In this document: piece after piece, positions 8,131 to 17,790 of the stretch
How the letters are laid out: the number at the start of each line of letters is the position of its first letter
Numbering within the stretch: position 1 is the stretch's first letter
DNA from: Nitrospirota bacterium
GTDB taxonomy: Bacteria > Nitrospirota > Nitrospiria > Nitrospirales > Nitrospiraceae
Length of the DNA: 64,000 bases
Assembly: GCA_963701855.1 (NCBI GenBank)
Contig: CAVPBK010000009.1
Span: 448,001 to 512,000, forward strand
Direction: 5' to 3'
Made by a program: the position numbers and the translations under genes
The notes under the pieces: generated by a model
The model's database searches: none
Seen by the model: only the letters and a program-made list of their open reading frames with translations
Told to the model about the DNA's origin: nothing

Positions 8131-9960
8131 TTTCGGGTAAAGATCCACGGCCTGATACCATTTCGTGAGCGCTGCGACTCTGACCGCGTGATCGGTCGAT
8201 AACTGCAACGGACGCCCGCGCCCATCCAGCAAGAGTCCCACCACACCGCCTTGGACTTCTCGCGTGACCGCGACTCCCGCGCCTGCCCCAAGATTCACTT
8301 GTTTCACCGGTTGAATCGTGATCGAGGCCTTCTGATCGCCGGCCAGGGGAACCAACCGCAGGTCGCCGAACGAAAGTGTCCCCTTGTCCACTCGACCATC
8401 TGGAAAGGTGATGGCATAGTCTGCGCACCGTTCCCCATCCTTCCCCTGCCCGATCGGCGCGACACAGGTCCCTAGATAGACCATGCAATCGCGGACGAAG
8501 ACATCGGTCGCCGCCTTCTCATTGATAGTCGAGAGCACGCCGAGGTGCGGCATCATGAAAATGCTGTCCACCGAGAGCCTCGTCACCCCAAGCGGTTCAT
8601 AGGCATCTACCATCATCAACATCGATTGCACGCGGCGCGGCGCATGGGACAGGATTCCGCCGCTTCCCACGATCAAATCCAGCTTGAGCATATCGATCAG
8701 CGTCTTACCGGACTGCTGCTGTTCGAACACATCAGAAATCGTGCGTTCTTGTTGTATGCCCTTGAGGGCTGTCGCAAGGGACTTGTGATGGATTAAGGCG
8801 AGCCGGAGCGCCTCGCGGGCAATTGCATGTTCGATCTGCAGCTCGTCCAGCGTCTGCGGAATCGTCGTCGGACGGACCATCTTGTTCTTGATCCGGTTGC
8901 GGAGCGTCTGTTCGTCGATCGTGAAGGGCACCCAGCGCATGATATTGGCGAGCCCTGCTTCGGCCAGTACATTGGAGATACTGTACGACATCCCGAGGTT
9001 TGCGCTGACAGTTCGATTGAAGAGTCCCTCAAAGACCGAGAATACGTCCGTGGTCGCGCCGCCGATATCCACCCCGATCAAGTTCAGGTGCTCCCGCTTG
9101 GCAATCGTTTCCATGATGACACCGACAGCTGCCGGCGTCGGCATGATCGGCGCGCCGGCCATCTCGATCAGTTTCTTGTAGCCCGGCGCCTGCTGCATGA
9201 CATGTTCGAGAAAGAGGTCGTGAATCTTGTTCCGTGCCGGTGCGAGGTTCTCCCGTTCCAACACCGGACGAATGTTGTCAGTCAGCACAAGCGCGGCTTT
9301 CTCGCCCAGGATCTTCTTTACTTGCGGCTGCGCGTCTTTGTTGCCTGCGTAAATTAACGGGAGCTTGTAGGTCGCCCCAAACCTGGGCCGTGGCTCCGCT
9401 GCCGAAATGTACTCCGCCATCTCGACCACATGGGTCACCGCCCCCCCGTCCGTCCCGCCGGACATCAAGATCATGTCCGGCCGCATTGTCCTGATACGTT
9501 CGATCTTTTCATGCGGCAAACGGCCGTCGTTCGACGCAAGCACGTCGATGACAATGGCGCCGGCCCCCAGCGCGGCCCGTTGTGCGCTCTCCCCCGTCAT
9601 GTTCTGCACTACGCCTGTGACCATCATCTGCAACCCGCCGCCCGCACTGCTGGTGGAGATGTAGATATCGACTCCAGTCTTCGCATCGCGACAGGGCGTG
9701 ATGATCTTATCGCCATCGAGGATTTTCCGGCCGGAGAGTTCTTCAATTTCCGCAATCGCGTTCAGCACCCCGCGCGTCACATCTTCGAATGGCGCTTCCA
9801 CCGTCGTCGGCGCTTCACCTCGATAGGTTTGCCGGTATTCGTCGCCGACCTTCTCGATCAGAATGGCTTTGGTCGTGGTGCTGCCACAGTCGGTGGCTAC
9901 GATAACGTTGAGGGGGTGGGTGATCACCGGCTTGATAGCTGCTGGACTCGGCACAGTCAT
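8122..9960 (-). CDS. glmL: Glutamate mutase L (GlmL/MutL reactivase-like) ASKHA-fold ATPase with C-terminal extension
   Basis: DCGSTTTK (phosphate 1), SSAGGGL, SGGTDGG, MPTP, VDIGGATTDVFS (phosphate 2), RTVSANLGMSYS and IVGSGG motifs. Confidence 0.85.
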   Translation of the reverse strand: MTVPSPAAIKPVITHPLNVIVATDCGSTTTKAILIEKVGDEYRQTYRGEAPTTVEAPFEDVTRGVLNAIAEIEELSGRKILDGDKIITPCRDAKTGVDIYISTSSAGGGLQMMVTGVVQNMTGESAQRAALGAGAIVIDVLASNDGRLPHEKIERIRTMRPDMILMSGGTDGGAVTHVVEMAEYISAAEPRPRFGATYKLPLIYAGNKDAQPQVKKILGEKAALVLTDNIRPVLERENLAPARNKIHDLFLEHVMQQAPGYKKLIEMAGAPIMPTPAAVGVIMETIAKREHLNLIGVDIGGATTDVFSVFEGLFNRTVSANLGMSYSISNVLAEAGLANIMRWVPFTIDEQTLRNRIKNKMVRPTTIPQTLDELQIEHAIAREALRLALIHHKSLATALKGIQQERTISDVFEQQQSGKTLIDMLKLDLIVGSGGILSHAPRRVQSMLMMVDAYEPLGVTRLSVDSIFMMPHLGVLSTINEKAATDVFVRDCMVYLGTCVAPIGQGKDGERCADYAITFPDGRVDKGTLSFGDLRLVPLAGDQKASITIQPVKQVNLGAGAGVAVTREVQGGVVGLLLDGRGRPLQLSTDHAVRVAALTKWYQAVDLYPKAG

Positions 9961-10349
9961 TGAGCGGAGGCTCCTTGAGGAGCCTGGGGAGAAGCTTTGG
10001 GTGCAGACTTCGTTTCAATGATGGCAATGAGACGGGAGATCGTATCGCGTCGTTCGAGCAACCGGGCCACTTGCTCGACTTCTTTCGCCTGAAAGGCCCA
10101 TTCAACGATGGGGGTCAGGAAATACAGCGCCTGGCTTCCGAGAAAGTTCATGGGACCGAGAGATTCCAAGAACACCGTTGCAGGAGCAGCCATGCCTCGT
10201 TTCACTACCGCATCGGCTACCCGTTCAAGCAGAGTATGGTCTTCGGTCGTAAGCACCTCGGCTCCTGATTTAGTCGAAAAGGCATGGGAAATCTCCACGC
10301 GGACCTTGTCCCATGTTTCCGCCACTGATGCCTTGGAGAAAGAAGTCAT
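9957..10349 (-). CDS. Conserved hypothetical protein, first gene of the GlmL operon
   Basis: 130 aa; its stop overlaps the glmL start (ATGA). Confidence 0.75.
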   Translation of the reverse strand: MTSFSKASVAETWDKVRVEISHAFSTKSGAEVLTTEDHTLLERVADAVVKRGMAAPATVFLESLGPMNFLGSQALYFLTPIVEWAFQAKEVEQVARLLERRDTISRLIAIIETKSAPKASPQAPQGASAQ

Positions 10350-10594
10350 AACTGTCTGGAAAGGCAGTCAAAGCCGACTAGCGAGCGGCATTATATTGAG
10401 GGGTCAGAGGAGAGTCAATAAATGCGCCGCTAGTTGTGCGAGACAGACGAGACTATTGAAACAGATTGATCTGGCTGGCTTGGCTCTTCTGGTTGTTCTG
10501 GTTCAAACAATCTTACATATGTGTTGCCGAGGTAACGGATCTCGTGCAAGAAAATGAATGCAACCCTGTCTCATTTTTTCAGCCAAGGCCTAAT

Positions 10595-11167
10595 TTATTG
10601 TGATGGTTGCTTCTTCAAATTAAAGTACAGCGTCCTCATCTCAGCTCCGCCAACGAAATTATGAGCCTTCCCCACCAGGGAAAGTTTCCCTCCGCCAAAC
10701 ATCCAATTTTCCTTACATCCCGTCTTGCCGAACTCCACGGCATAGACAAGTACGGCTGTCACGGGCACTTTGTTCTCCTGGTCTGGAGTAGGCTTAGTTT
10801 CCTGCGTTTCAAGGAGGAAATTTTTGTCCTCGACCTGGCCGCCATGTTCGCAAACGTAATGGACATTGCCGCTCAGGGTGATATCTTTCACGCCGCTGTT
10901 GAGATCTTCCACGGCCAGCGTCACCACGTATTGATCGCTGGACGGCACGTCAACAGACTGGCCATCTTTCGCGATCACTCTTGTCTCCTTCGTCTGCATG
11001 TTATACGTCTGCCAGGCCATAGTCGGGGGAGACGCGTCAGAACCGGGAATCAAAACCCTGGGTATCGGCTGGGGACAGCCGACCAAGGAAAGGCCCAAGA
11101 CGACAATGAGCCCAGGAAGCCCGAGCCGAACCAGATGCACATGACATGTCTTACCGTCCATCCTCAC
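10595..11167 (-). CDS. Hypothetical lipoprotein
   Basis: Hydrophobic signal ending in lipobox LVGC; AAGGAGG RBS upstream. Confidence 0.7.
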   Translation of the reverse strand: MRMDGKTCHVHLVRLGLPGLIVVLGLSLVGCPQPIPRVLIPGSDASPPTMAWQTYNMQTKETRVIAKDGQSVDVPSSDQYVVTLAVEDLNSGVKDITLSGNVHYVCEHGGQVEDKNFLLETQETKPTPDQENKVPVTAVLVYAVEFGKTGCKENWMFGGGKLSLVGKAHNFVGGAEMRTLYFNLKKQPSQ

Positions 11168-11250
11168 ACCCTCCTTAACCCTCCTTAACCCTCACTTTTC
11201 ATGAACGCTTCTGCTGCAATCGTGGATTCACCACTGTGACATAGTACAGG

Positions 11251-11658
11251 TTAATATCCCCGCCCGGTGCTTCCACCGCGTCCCATCCGATCAAGCGGGA
11301 GCGCCTCGTATCGTGCCTTTATGTCTGGATGCTCGTTGAGATAGCTCTTGACCGCCGCCTCATCGGCGAAGACCTCCGGGCTGCGTTTTCGATATTCCTC
11401 GACCGTCAGATCGTACTTTGCCAAGAGCTTGCCGAGTTTCGTGTGGATATCCGCGCCCATTTCTTTCATCTGATCAGCTGATGGCCGCTGTCCCTCTTTG
11501 AACATCCCTCCACCCTGAAAGTAATTCGACATCATCTCACCGATATCAACACGAGCCTTCACAAACTTTTCGACCTCAGCCGGCTCTGCCGCAAGGCCGG
11601 CACCTGAGAACAGCAGGACCCCCAACGAGATTCCGATGATGTTACGCGCCAGATTCAT
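11251..11658 (-). CDS. Hypothetical exported protein
   Basis: Start MNLARN with AAGGAG RBS; signal peptide ending AGLA/AE. Confidence 0.75.
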   Translation of the reverse strand: MNLARNIIGISLGVLLFSGAGLAAEPAEVEKFVKARVDIGEMMSNYFQGGGMFKEGQRPSADQMKEMGADIHTKLGKLLAKYDLTVEEYRKRSPEVFADEAAVKSYLNEHPDIKARYEALPLDRMGRGGSTGRGY

Positions 11659-11754
11659 GGATATCGGCTCCTTTGAGAAATATGGATAAGCAATTCGTTT
11701 TGTGGAAGCAGCGCCTATCATATCATCCCGGGCAGACAAAAGATGGAGGGAGAT

Positions 11755-11890
11755 GGAGCCTGATGATCTTCTTTGCTCGCGCAACGCGCGGCCTCCGAAG
11801 GCTCTCGCCCGGACTAATGGCACGTCTCGGCGTGTCTTGGAAGGATCATTTGGAGAAATGCGGGTCGCTTGATGCACGCAGTACCGGGCC
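11755..11890. repeat. Intergenic repeat family B
   Basis: Shares the core tgctcgcgcaacgcgc...gacgcgcgca-like motif with 13100-13220. Confidence 0.55.
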
Positions 11891-12028
11891 ACTCCTTTAT
11901 AACTTACCTCATCGATCGACCATCATGTCCACGGCACAACATAATACCGTCTGGCAGTTCTCGAATATTAGGTTTTCATGGTGCTGATTCTGCTAGGATA
12001 GCTGTGTGTCGTTTCTTGGCCTGCGAGA

Positions 12029-13081
12029 TTGATAGAAAGGACGTGTATCTTGAACCCAACAAAACTCATTGCCGCGATTATCGTGATTGCTCTGATCGGA
12101 CTCCCGACCCTCTCCTTTGCGAGAGCGCGAGGCGGAGGATATGGTGGCGGATATTCCAGCGGTTCACGGAGCAGTGGCGCCCCAGGGAGCATGGGGAGCC
12201 GTGGATCTCGCACCTATGAGCAGAACGGCGCGAAGCCGATTGAACAGTCGGTCACTCCGAAGCCATCCGTGGCCACGCCACCATCAACGACCGGCGGCCA
12301 GGCTCCAACCGCCCAGCCAACGCCTACAAGGCAGCCCTCGTTTATGCAGCGAAATCCCCTGTTGGCTGGTCTCGCAGCCGGCATCGCCGGATCATATATC
12401 GGCAATATGCTGTTCGGAGCAACGAACAGCAGCGCGAGTACCACCAATACCGGAGAGCAGGCTGGTGAGGCCGCCACGACCTCCGGAGCCACCAGCTCCA
12501 CTGGAATACTCCTCATTCTCATGCTCTTGGGAGCAGGAGCGTTCTTTTATTTCATGAAAGTACGTCGACCCGTCCCTGATTTTTCTGGAATCACGCGAAA
12601 CAGCGCCATCAGCGGCAGTCTGTTATCAGAGCCTTCCGCCACGACCCTCCAAACCACGGCAGTGGTCAGCGAAGTCACCTCCGCTGACAAGGCGGCTTTT
12701 CAACAACTGCTGACCGATATTCAAACGGCATGGAGCAACCAAGACCTCGCTGGATTACGGCGATCCGTCACACCGGAAATGTTGTCGTATTTCAGTACCG
12801 CCTTGGCCGAACAGGCCAGCCTAGACATTGCAAATCATGTAGAGGACGTGGTGCTTGTACAGGCAGATGTCCGGGAAGCCTGGGTCGAAGACACGACGCG
12901 CTATGCGACGATAGGGCTTAGCTGGAGTGCCCGTGACTACACCGTATCCTTGACCAAACGGCGAGGAGATCCAGGGTATCTCGTCGAGGGCAGCGATGAG
13001 ACGCCAACCAAGTCCAATGAAGTGTGGACATTCATGCGATACCAGGATGGGAAGTGGTTGCTCTCAGCGATTCAGCAATAG
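12029..13081 (+). CDS. Tim44/TimA-family membrane protein (start may be the TTG at ~12050)
   Basis: ARGGG...GSRGSRT N-terminus, TM helices, IQTAWS...TPEM and EVWTFMR...WLLSAIQQ Tim44 terminus. Confidence 0.9.
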   Translation: MIERTCILNPTKLIAAIIVIALIGLPTLSFARARGGGYGGGYSSGSRSSGAPGSMGSRGSRTYEQNGAKPIEQSVTPKPSVATPPSTTGGQAPTAQPTPTRQPSFMQRNPLLAGLAAGIAGSYIGNMLFGATNSSASTTNTGEQAGEAATTSGATSSTGILLILMLLGAGAFFYFMKVRRPVPDFSGITRNSAISGSLLSEPSATTLQTTAVVSEVTSADKAAFQQLLTDIQTAWSNQDLAGLRRSVTPEMLSYFSTALAEQASLDIANHVEDVVLVQADVREAWVEDTTRYATIGLSWSARDYTVSLTKRRGDPGYLVEGSDETPTKSNEVWTFMRYQDGKWLLSAIQQ

Positions 13082-13099
13082 GAGAGAATGGGGAGCCCT

Positions 13100-13220
13100 G
13101 GCCGTCCTCCTGCTCGCGGAACGCGCACGATAAGAATGTGCTCGTTTGACGCGCGCAATCGAGGATCAGCAGGCTCCCCTGACAGAAGAAAAAGAAGCGA
13201 GCTGGGGAACTATTTGATGC
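13100..13220. repeat. Intergenic repeat family B
   Basis: ctgctcgcggaacgcgcacg...gacgcgcgcaa, homologous to 11755-11890. Confidence 0.55.
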
Positions 13221-13321
13221 AATGAAGCGATGGGCTCTGACGATTCCAGTGCGAAGCAGTTTTCTGGCCAGATTCTTATTGCAACCTTCAAAGACTAGAT
13301 TACGCTAGACCGACACATGAA

Positions 13322-13631
13322 CCCTCATTATTCACGAGAGTTCGTAACGAAACCGCTGAGATGCTAAGCGAGACGGGTGCGCGGAGCCGCGAGGCGGGGT
13401 AACACCACGCCTGGGAGTTCCGAAGGGGGTGTGCCCCCTTCGTGGGGATTCTACAAGGGGGCTGGCCCCCTTGTAAGAGTGGGTGAGGCAGGCTTCTGGG
13501 CCGAGCCCACGAGGAAGGGAGGCATACTTGAAACAGTCCGTTGACCGACTGAGTGGCGAGCCTGCCCGCCGTATGGCTTGTCGCAACGGCGTATCGGCGG
13601 TTGGAGTAGAAGTCTTCGTGAATAATGCGGG
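13322..13631. mobile_element. MITE-like element (~310 bp), family C
   Basis: Terminal IRs CCCTCATTATTCACGA / TCGTGAATAATGCGGG (15/16); internal hairpins; no credible ORF. Confidence 0.7.
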
Positions 13632-13657
13632 TTAAAGCCGCCGGAAAGCTTGTCGTC

Positions 13658-14363
13658 TTACCCTACTCGTTGCCCTCGAAATTCCAAAATTGCATTTTCA
13701 CCCCCCCGTTCATACAAATCGCACGGCCGATTATCTGTATCGACACAGTAGCAGTATGTTCGCTCTTTCAATTTCGCAATCTTCAGCCCCTTCTTGCGTG
13801 CTCGCCGAATGAAGTCAAGATCCTCCGCTAAGGGGAAATTGTGGAACCCATTCAATTTCTTGAACACAGACGTTCTGGCAAAAAATGTCCCACTTGCATA
13901 GGATTTGCTGAAATGAATCATCTTACCGGGACGCTGTGTATCAGGGACATACTACCTTTCGACAGGGCCAACATACTCAATGCCTCCGTAGATCAACGCT
14001 GGCGAAGGCTTTTTCTCCATCGCTCGGATTCGTACCGACAGATGATATTCTCGATATTCATCATCTGAATCTAAAAAAGTCACATACTCCCCTGAGGCAA
14101 GTGCAATACCGATATTCCGCGATCGTGCAAGACCTTTATTTGCGTGGTAGACATACCTGATGCGCGGGTCTGATTTCACAACCGGCATTGCAGCCTGCCC
14201 GAGATTGTCCGCACTGCCGTCGTCAATAATGATGAGCTCCCAGTTGTGGTAGGACTGTGTCAGTACCGACGCACGGGCACGGGCCACAAGGTGCGCGCGA
14301 TTGTATACAGAGGATGACCGAGACAAGGGGTACATTATTAGGCTTGGAGACTGTTGTCTTCAT
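13658..14363 (-). pseudogene. GT2-family glycosyltransferase pseudogene
   Basis: MKTTVSKPNNVPLVSVIL (frameshift near 14305) YNRAHL...IIDDGSAD...FLDSDD, then an in-frame TAG at 13952-13954, then ...AEDLDF. Confidence 0.85.
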
Positions 14364-14840
14364 TCCCCAGAGAGCCAGCAAGCACGCCTGGACGAAACCA
14401 GGCTGTTTGGTTGATCTGATCTATTTAGTTGGTCTTGCGTATCTAGTTCATGTTGTTTACTTCGTTCGTCGGACCAAAAATACCAGAGAAACCGGGCAAA
14501 CAGTACGAGCAAGAATGAACAAACAGACGAGCGAGGACCTGACTGAGCGGCGTATTCGCCGCACTATTCGCTATCGCAGGCGCGTGTGTGGTAGAGTGTC
14601 CTGGCAATACCGAACGATGGATACGGCCATATCTTTCGCGTCTCGTTCCGTGCTGACGATGCCCCGTGGGATCGTTCTTGAATCTCGGCTGCTCCTCCGT
14701 CAACGCCGTGCCGATTCTTTTGGTTATCGATTCGAGGGCACTCGCAAGAGAAGAGCGCCTCGACGTTTCCGCAACGGCGGGATGGGCGATCAAAAACCGA
14801 TAGTTATTTTTCAATTAATAACAGAATACAGGGAGAGACC

Positions 14841-15185
14841 ATGACCATGAAGCCCGTGAAGCCCATACAGCCACGAACAACCACGGCCTGGGTCCGCATT
14901 CCTGATGGCACGAAGGTCAAGCACCGGCATGAGGGACATGTCGGATTCATCGATGGGCTCACCGAGATTGTCAGCGGACCCAACCGAAATCCGGATGGAA
15001 AGACGCAATATCGTATGAATATAGGGGCGCCGGATCGGCAACTCGTGACCGAAGGCGACTTGTCTATCTTAATCGACGATGAAGATCTCGTCATCATGCT
15101 GCGACAGAAGGCGCCCTATCGCCGTGCTGTCACACAATCGCTGCACAGCGTGCTGGCACCGGACCGCTTCGTCAAGCCAGCCTAG
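14841..15185 (+). CDS. Conserved hypothetical protein
   Basis: 114-aa ORF with GGGAG RBS and protein-like composition. Confidence 0.7.
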   Translation: MTMKPVKPIQPRTTTAWVRIPDGTKVKHRHEGHVGFIDGLTEIVSGPNRNPDGKTQYRMNIGAPDRQLVTEGDLSILIDDEDLVIMLRQKAPYRRAVTQSLHSVLAPDRFVKPA

Positions 15186-15305
15186 CAAATTCCGCAACAC
15201 GCGAAACTGGCTGGAAAAGCGTGATCGGCAGGTTCAGAGCCGGCCTATCATGCACCTGTAAGGCTGGAGAGCTTCTTCAGCATACTGTGGGAGGGGGAGA
15301 CAACC

Positions 15306-15554
15306 ATGACAGAAACCTGCTACGCCAAAGGCCAAAAAGTTATCTTGGTTACCAGCCAGACCAAAAACGGTAACTGGTTGTGCACGTTTTCGATTTCAGG
15401 ATTCAGCCATCTTGCCGGCGGCCTGCATGGACAAGCTTCCTCGAAAGGCCACAAAACGGAATGGGAAGCGAGAACTGATGCGTTTCAGCGCGCCAAGTTG
15501 TTCCTGGATGGGCCACAAGACATAATGCAGAGACACCCTCTAGCAAAGACCTAA
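15306..15554 (+). CDS. Hypothetical protein
   Basis: 82-aa ORF with GGAG RBS. Confidence 0.5.
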   Translation: MTETCYAKGQKVILVTSQTKNGNWLCTFSISGFSHLAGGLHGQASSKGHKTEWEARTDAFQRAKLFLDGPQDIMQRHPLAKT

Positions 15555-15685
15555 TCCGCATTATTTTGTTAACGGCTTTCGTAAAATCACAGAGAAAACG
15601 TTCTTCTGACCGCCCTAGCCTTTAACCCCGCACCTCTCGCCTGAGCATCGGCCGTTGCAGTAGAAACCTTTGTGAATGATGTGCG

Positions 15686-16030
15686 TTATACCCAGGTTCT
15701 GTGGACCTCGCTGATGTGCTCTACCCCACCCACAGCGCTGATTTCCCACCGAACGTCATCCGGGATTGCGACCACCCGCAACTCTGCGCCATGGCCATTG
15801 GCAGTCCCACCGAGTTCCTCCACGACTTGGGCTAGCTTCAAATCATCGCGTGGGATGAGTTTTCCACACTGATTGAGGCTCGGCTCTCTCGTCGTCGCCG
15901 CCTCGGGCCAGTAGGCGCCTATATCTATTTCTTTGAGCGCGTCCTGCTGGCCTAGTTCACGCAATCGTAGGAAAGCCTGATGACTCACACAAAAACTGCC
16001 GTAACTCTTATTGATCACAATCTTTTTCAT
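15686..16030 (-). CDS. Hypothetical protein resembling a small phage protein family
   Basis: MKKIVINKSYGSFCVS...RDDLKLAQVVEELG...LRVVAIPDDVRWEI...EHISEVHRTW; AAGGA RBS. Confidence 0.75.
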   Translation of the reverse strand: MKKIVINKSYGSFCVSHQAFLRLRELGQQDALKEIDIGAYWPEAATTREPSLNQCGKLIPRDDLKLAQVVEELGGTANGHGAELRVVAIPDDVRWEISAVGGVEHISEVHRTWV

Positions 16031-16131
16031 GGACCGATCCTTTCTGCTTTATCAGGGTTCTCGGTGTCGCGCTCTTCATGACCGGGCAGTGCATCAGCCC
16101 CACTTCCCTTACGATCAGCCTGCGCCATTCG

Positions 16132-16377
16132 TCAGGCTACCTTTACCGGGTCTGCATACTTACTAGTGTAGTTCCCGGACCAATGAGAGTAGCGTCGGTT
16201 CGCCCAGGTATTGACTTCGGCATTCTCAGTTGTGCCATATCGCTTTGCCAGCACAGCGGTGAACGTGCCTAGGTTCCCCTCGATCTCCAGAAGATCCTCG
16301 TCCGTAATCTTCCCCCACTTCGCTTTGAGTGGCGCCTTGAGTTGACTCCAAAACGCTTTGAATTGTTCCTGATTCAT
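16132..16377 (-). CDS. CsbD-family stress protein
   Basis: MNQEQFKAFWSQLKAPLKAKWGKITDEDL...RYG motif. Confidence 0.85.
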   Translation of the reverse strand: MNQEQFKAFWSQLKAPLKAKWGKITDEDLLEIEGNLGTFTAVLAKRYGTTENAEVNTWANRRYSHWSGNYTSKYADPVKVA

Positions 16378-16763
16378 GGAGCACCCCTTTCTCGCGTGAT
16401 GAAATAGAAACGTAGACTCACAGAATGGCCGAATCATCCCATCGACTAGACGCAATCCCTGCGCTCGTCAGAGACTGCAATAGTGGGCACGCAGAACGTG
16501 CGACAACCAATGGGAACACTGGCGTAGAAGCGGCGGAGACTGGAGAATCAGACGCACGGGAACGTGGCGGGGAATGCTGTGCGAGAGATGGGACAGTCGG
16601 CGTAGCTCAGTACGTCTGTACCTAGCCTACAGTGCACAGAGGGAAAGAGTCAATGTGAGATAGATAGGAACTGGCTCTAACGACTGCCAGGCTGCGAAAA
16701 AACTTTGTGTGACACAATGAAAAGTCACTGACCAGCATGTCTTGTCTAATAGGGCGCAACTTT

Positions 16764-16889
16764 GCAGGATGCTCAAAAAGTCCGTCCAGCAAGGCCGCAG
16801 GCGAATCGAAACCGGAGGCGTACCTCAGGGATACGTTGAGGATTTCGATGAACCGAGAACGAAGCTGGCGGAATTTTTCAGCATCCTGC
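16764..16889. repeat. MITE-like intergenic repeat, family A
   Basis: GCAGGATGCTCAAAAA...TTTTTCAGCATCCTGC. Confidence 0.85.
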
Positions 16890-16891
16890 CG

Positions 16892-17572
16892 CTAGATATC
16901 TGGGATCTGCCAATCAATCGGAGATAACCCGGCATCGGCAAGGTCTCGGTTGATCTGTGAGAAACAGCGGCATCCGTAAAACTTTCTGACAGCCAAGGGC
17001 GAAGGATGTGCGTTTGCGATCACGGTGTGGTGTGGTTGTGTAATTAACAGCCGTTTCTTCTGGGCTTCGCGTCCCCATAGCACGAAGACCACCCTTGCCT
17101 GCTTCGCCGTAACCAATTCGATAATACGATCGGTGAATAGTTCCCAGCCTTGTCCCTGGTGAGAATTGGCTTGGCCAGCCCGGACCGTGAGGACCGTGTT
17201 CAGCATGAGGACACCCTGTCTAGCCCAAGGTTCTAAATACCCATTATTGGGGATCCGACATCCGACATCGTTATGGAGCTCCCGATAGACGTTTCGCAAC
17301 GAGAAAGGCAACGGACGAACAGTCGGTTGCACGGAAAAACAGAGGCCATGCGCATAGCCAGGGGTAGGATAGGGATCCTGGCCGATAAGCACCACGCGGA
17401 CCTGGTCATAGGACGTTGAGGCCAATGCATTGAAGATGTCCTGGCGGGCCGGCAGGATCGTCTGCTCACTGGCCAGTTCTCTCTCAAGAAATGTATCAAG
17501 CGCGCGATAATATGGCTTGCGCGTCTCTTCTTTGAGGAAGGATCGCCAGCATAGAGGAATGGGAGGGAGCAT
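16892..17572 (-). CDS. ung: Uracil-DNA glycosylase, family 1
   Basis: GQDPY, AHGLCFSV, GVLMLN and HPSPL motifs. Confidence 0.95.
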   Translation of the reverse strand: MLPPIPLCWRSFLKEETRKPYYRALDTFLERELASEQTILPARQDIFNALASTSYDQVRVVLIGQDPYPTPGYAHGLCFSVQPTVRPLPFSLRNVYRELHNDVGCRIPNNGYLEPWARQGVLMLNTVLTVRAGQANSHQGQGWELFTDRIIELVTAKQARVVFVLWGREAQKKRLLITQPHHTVIANAHPSPLAVRKFYGCRCFSQINRDLADAGLSPIDWQIPDI

Positions 17573-17790
17573 AGGAGAAACTGATACCACACAACCAACT
17601 GTAAAGCTCCCCACAAAATATAGATGCCTGCTTGATCCCTCCCCTGTGCAGACCGTTCCGTCGGCCGACTGTTTCTAATGATTCAGACTCTCCCGCTTGG
17701 AGATATCAGAACGAGGACACATATCTGCGAGCAATCAGACCCCCTCGCTATAACTCGCGCCCTTGCTCTGGGGAGAGCCCATAGAGGCTC

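Noticed and set aside
8122..9960. DNA mismatch-repair MutL
   Set aside because: Name clash only: the motifs are ASKHA/actin-like, not GHKL.
11659..11892. Long N-terminal extensions in the ORF track (also 18976-19059, 30469-30633, 5608-5817, 44003-44308)
   Set aside because: They run through repeats or overlap neighbouring genes; downstream starts have better RBS or coupling.
13332..13586. 84-aa ORF
   Set aside because: Lies wholly within the family-C MITE-like element.
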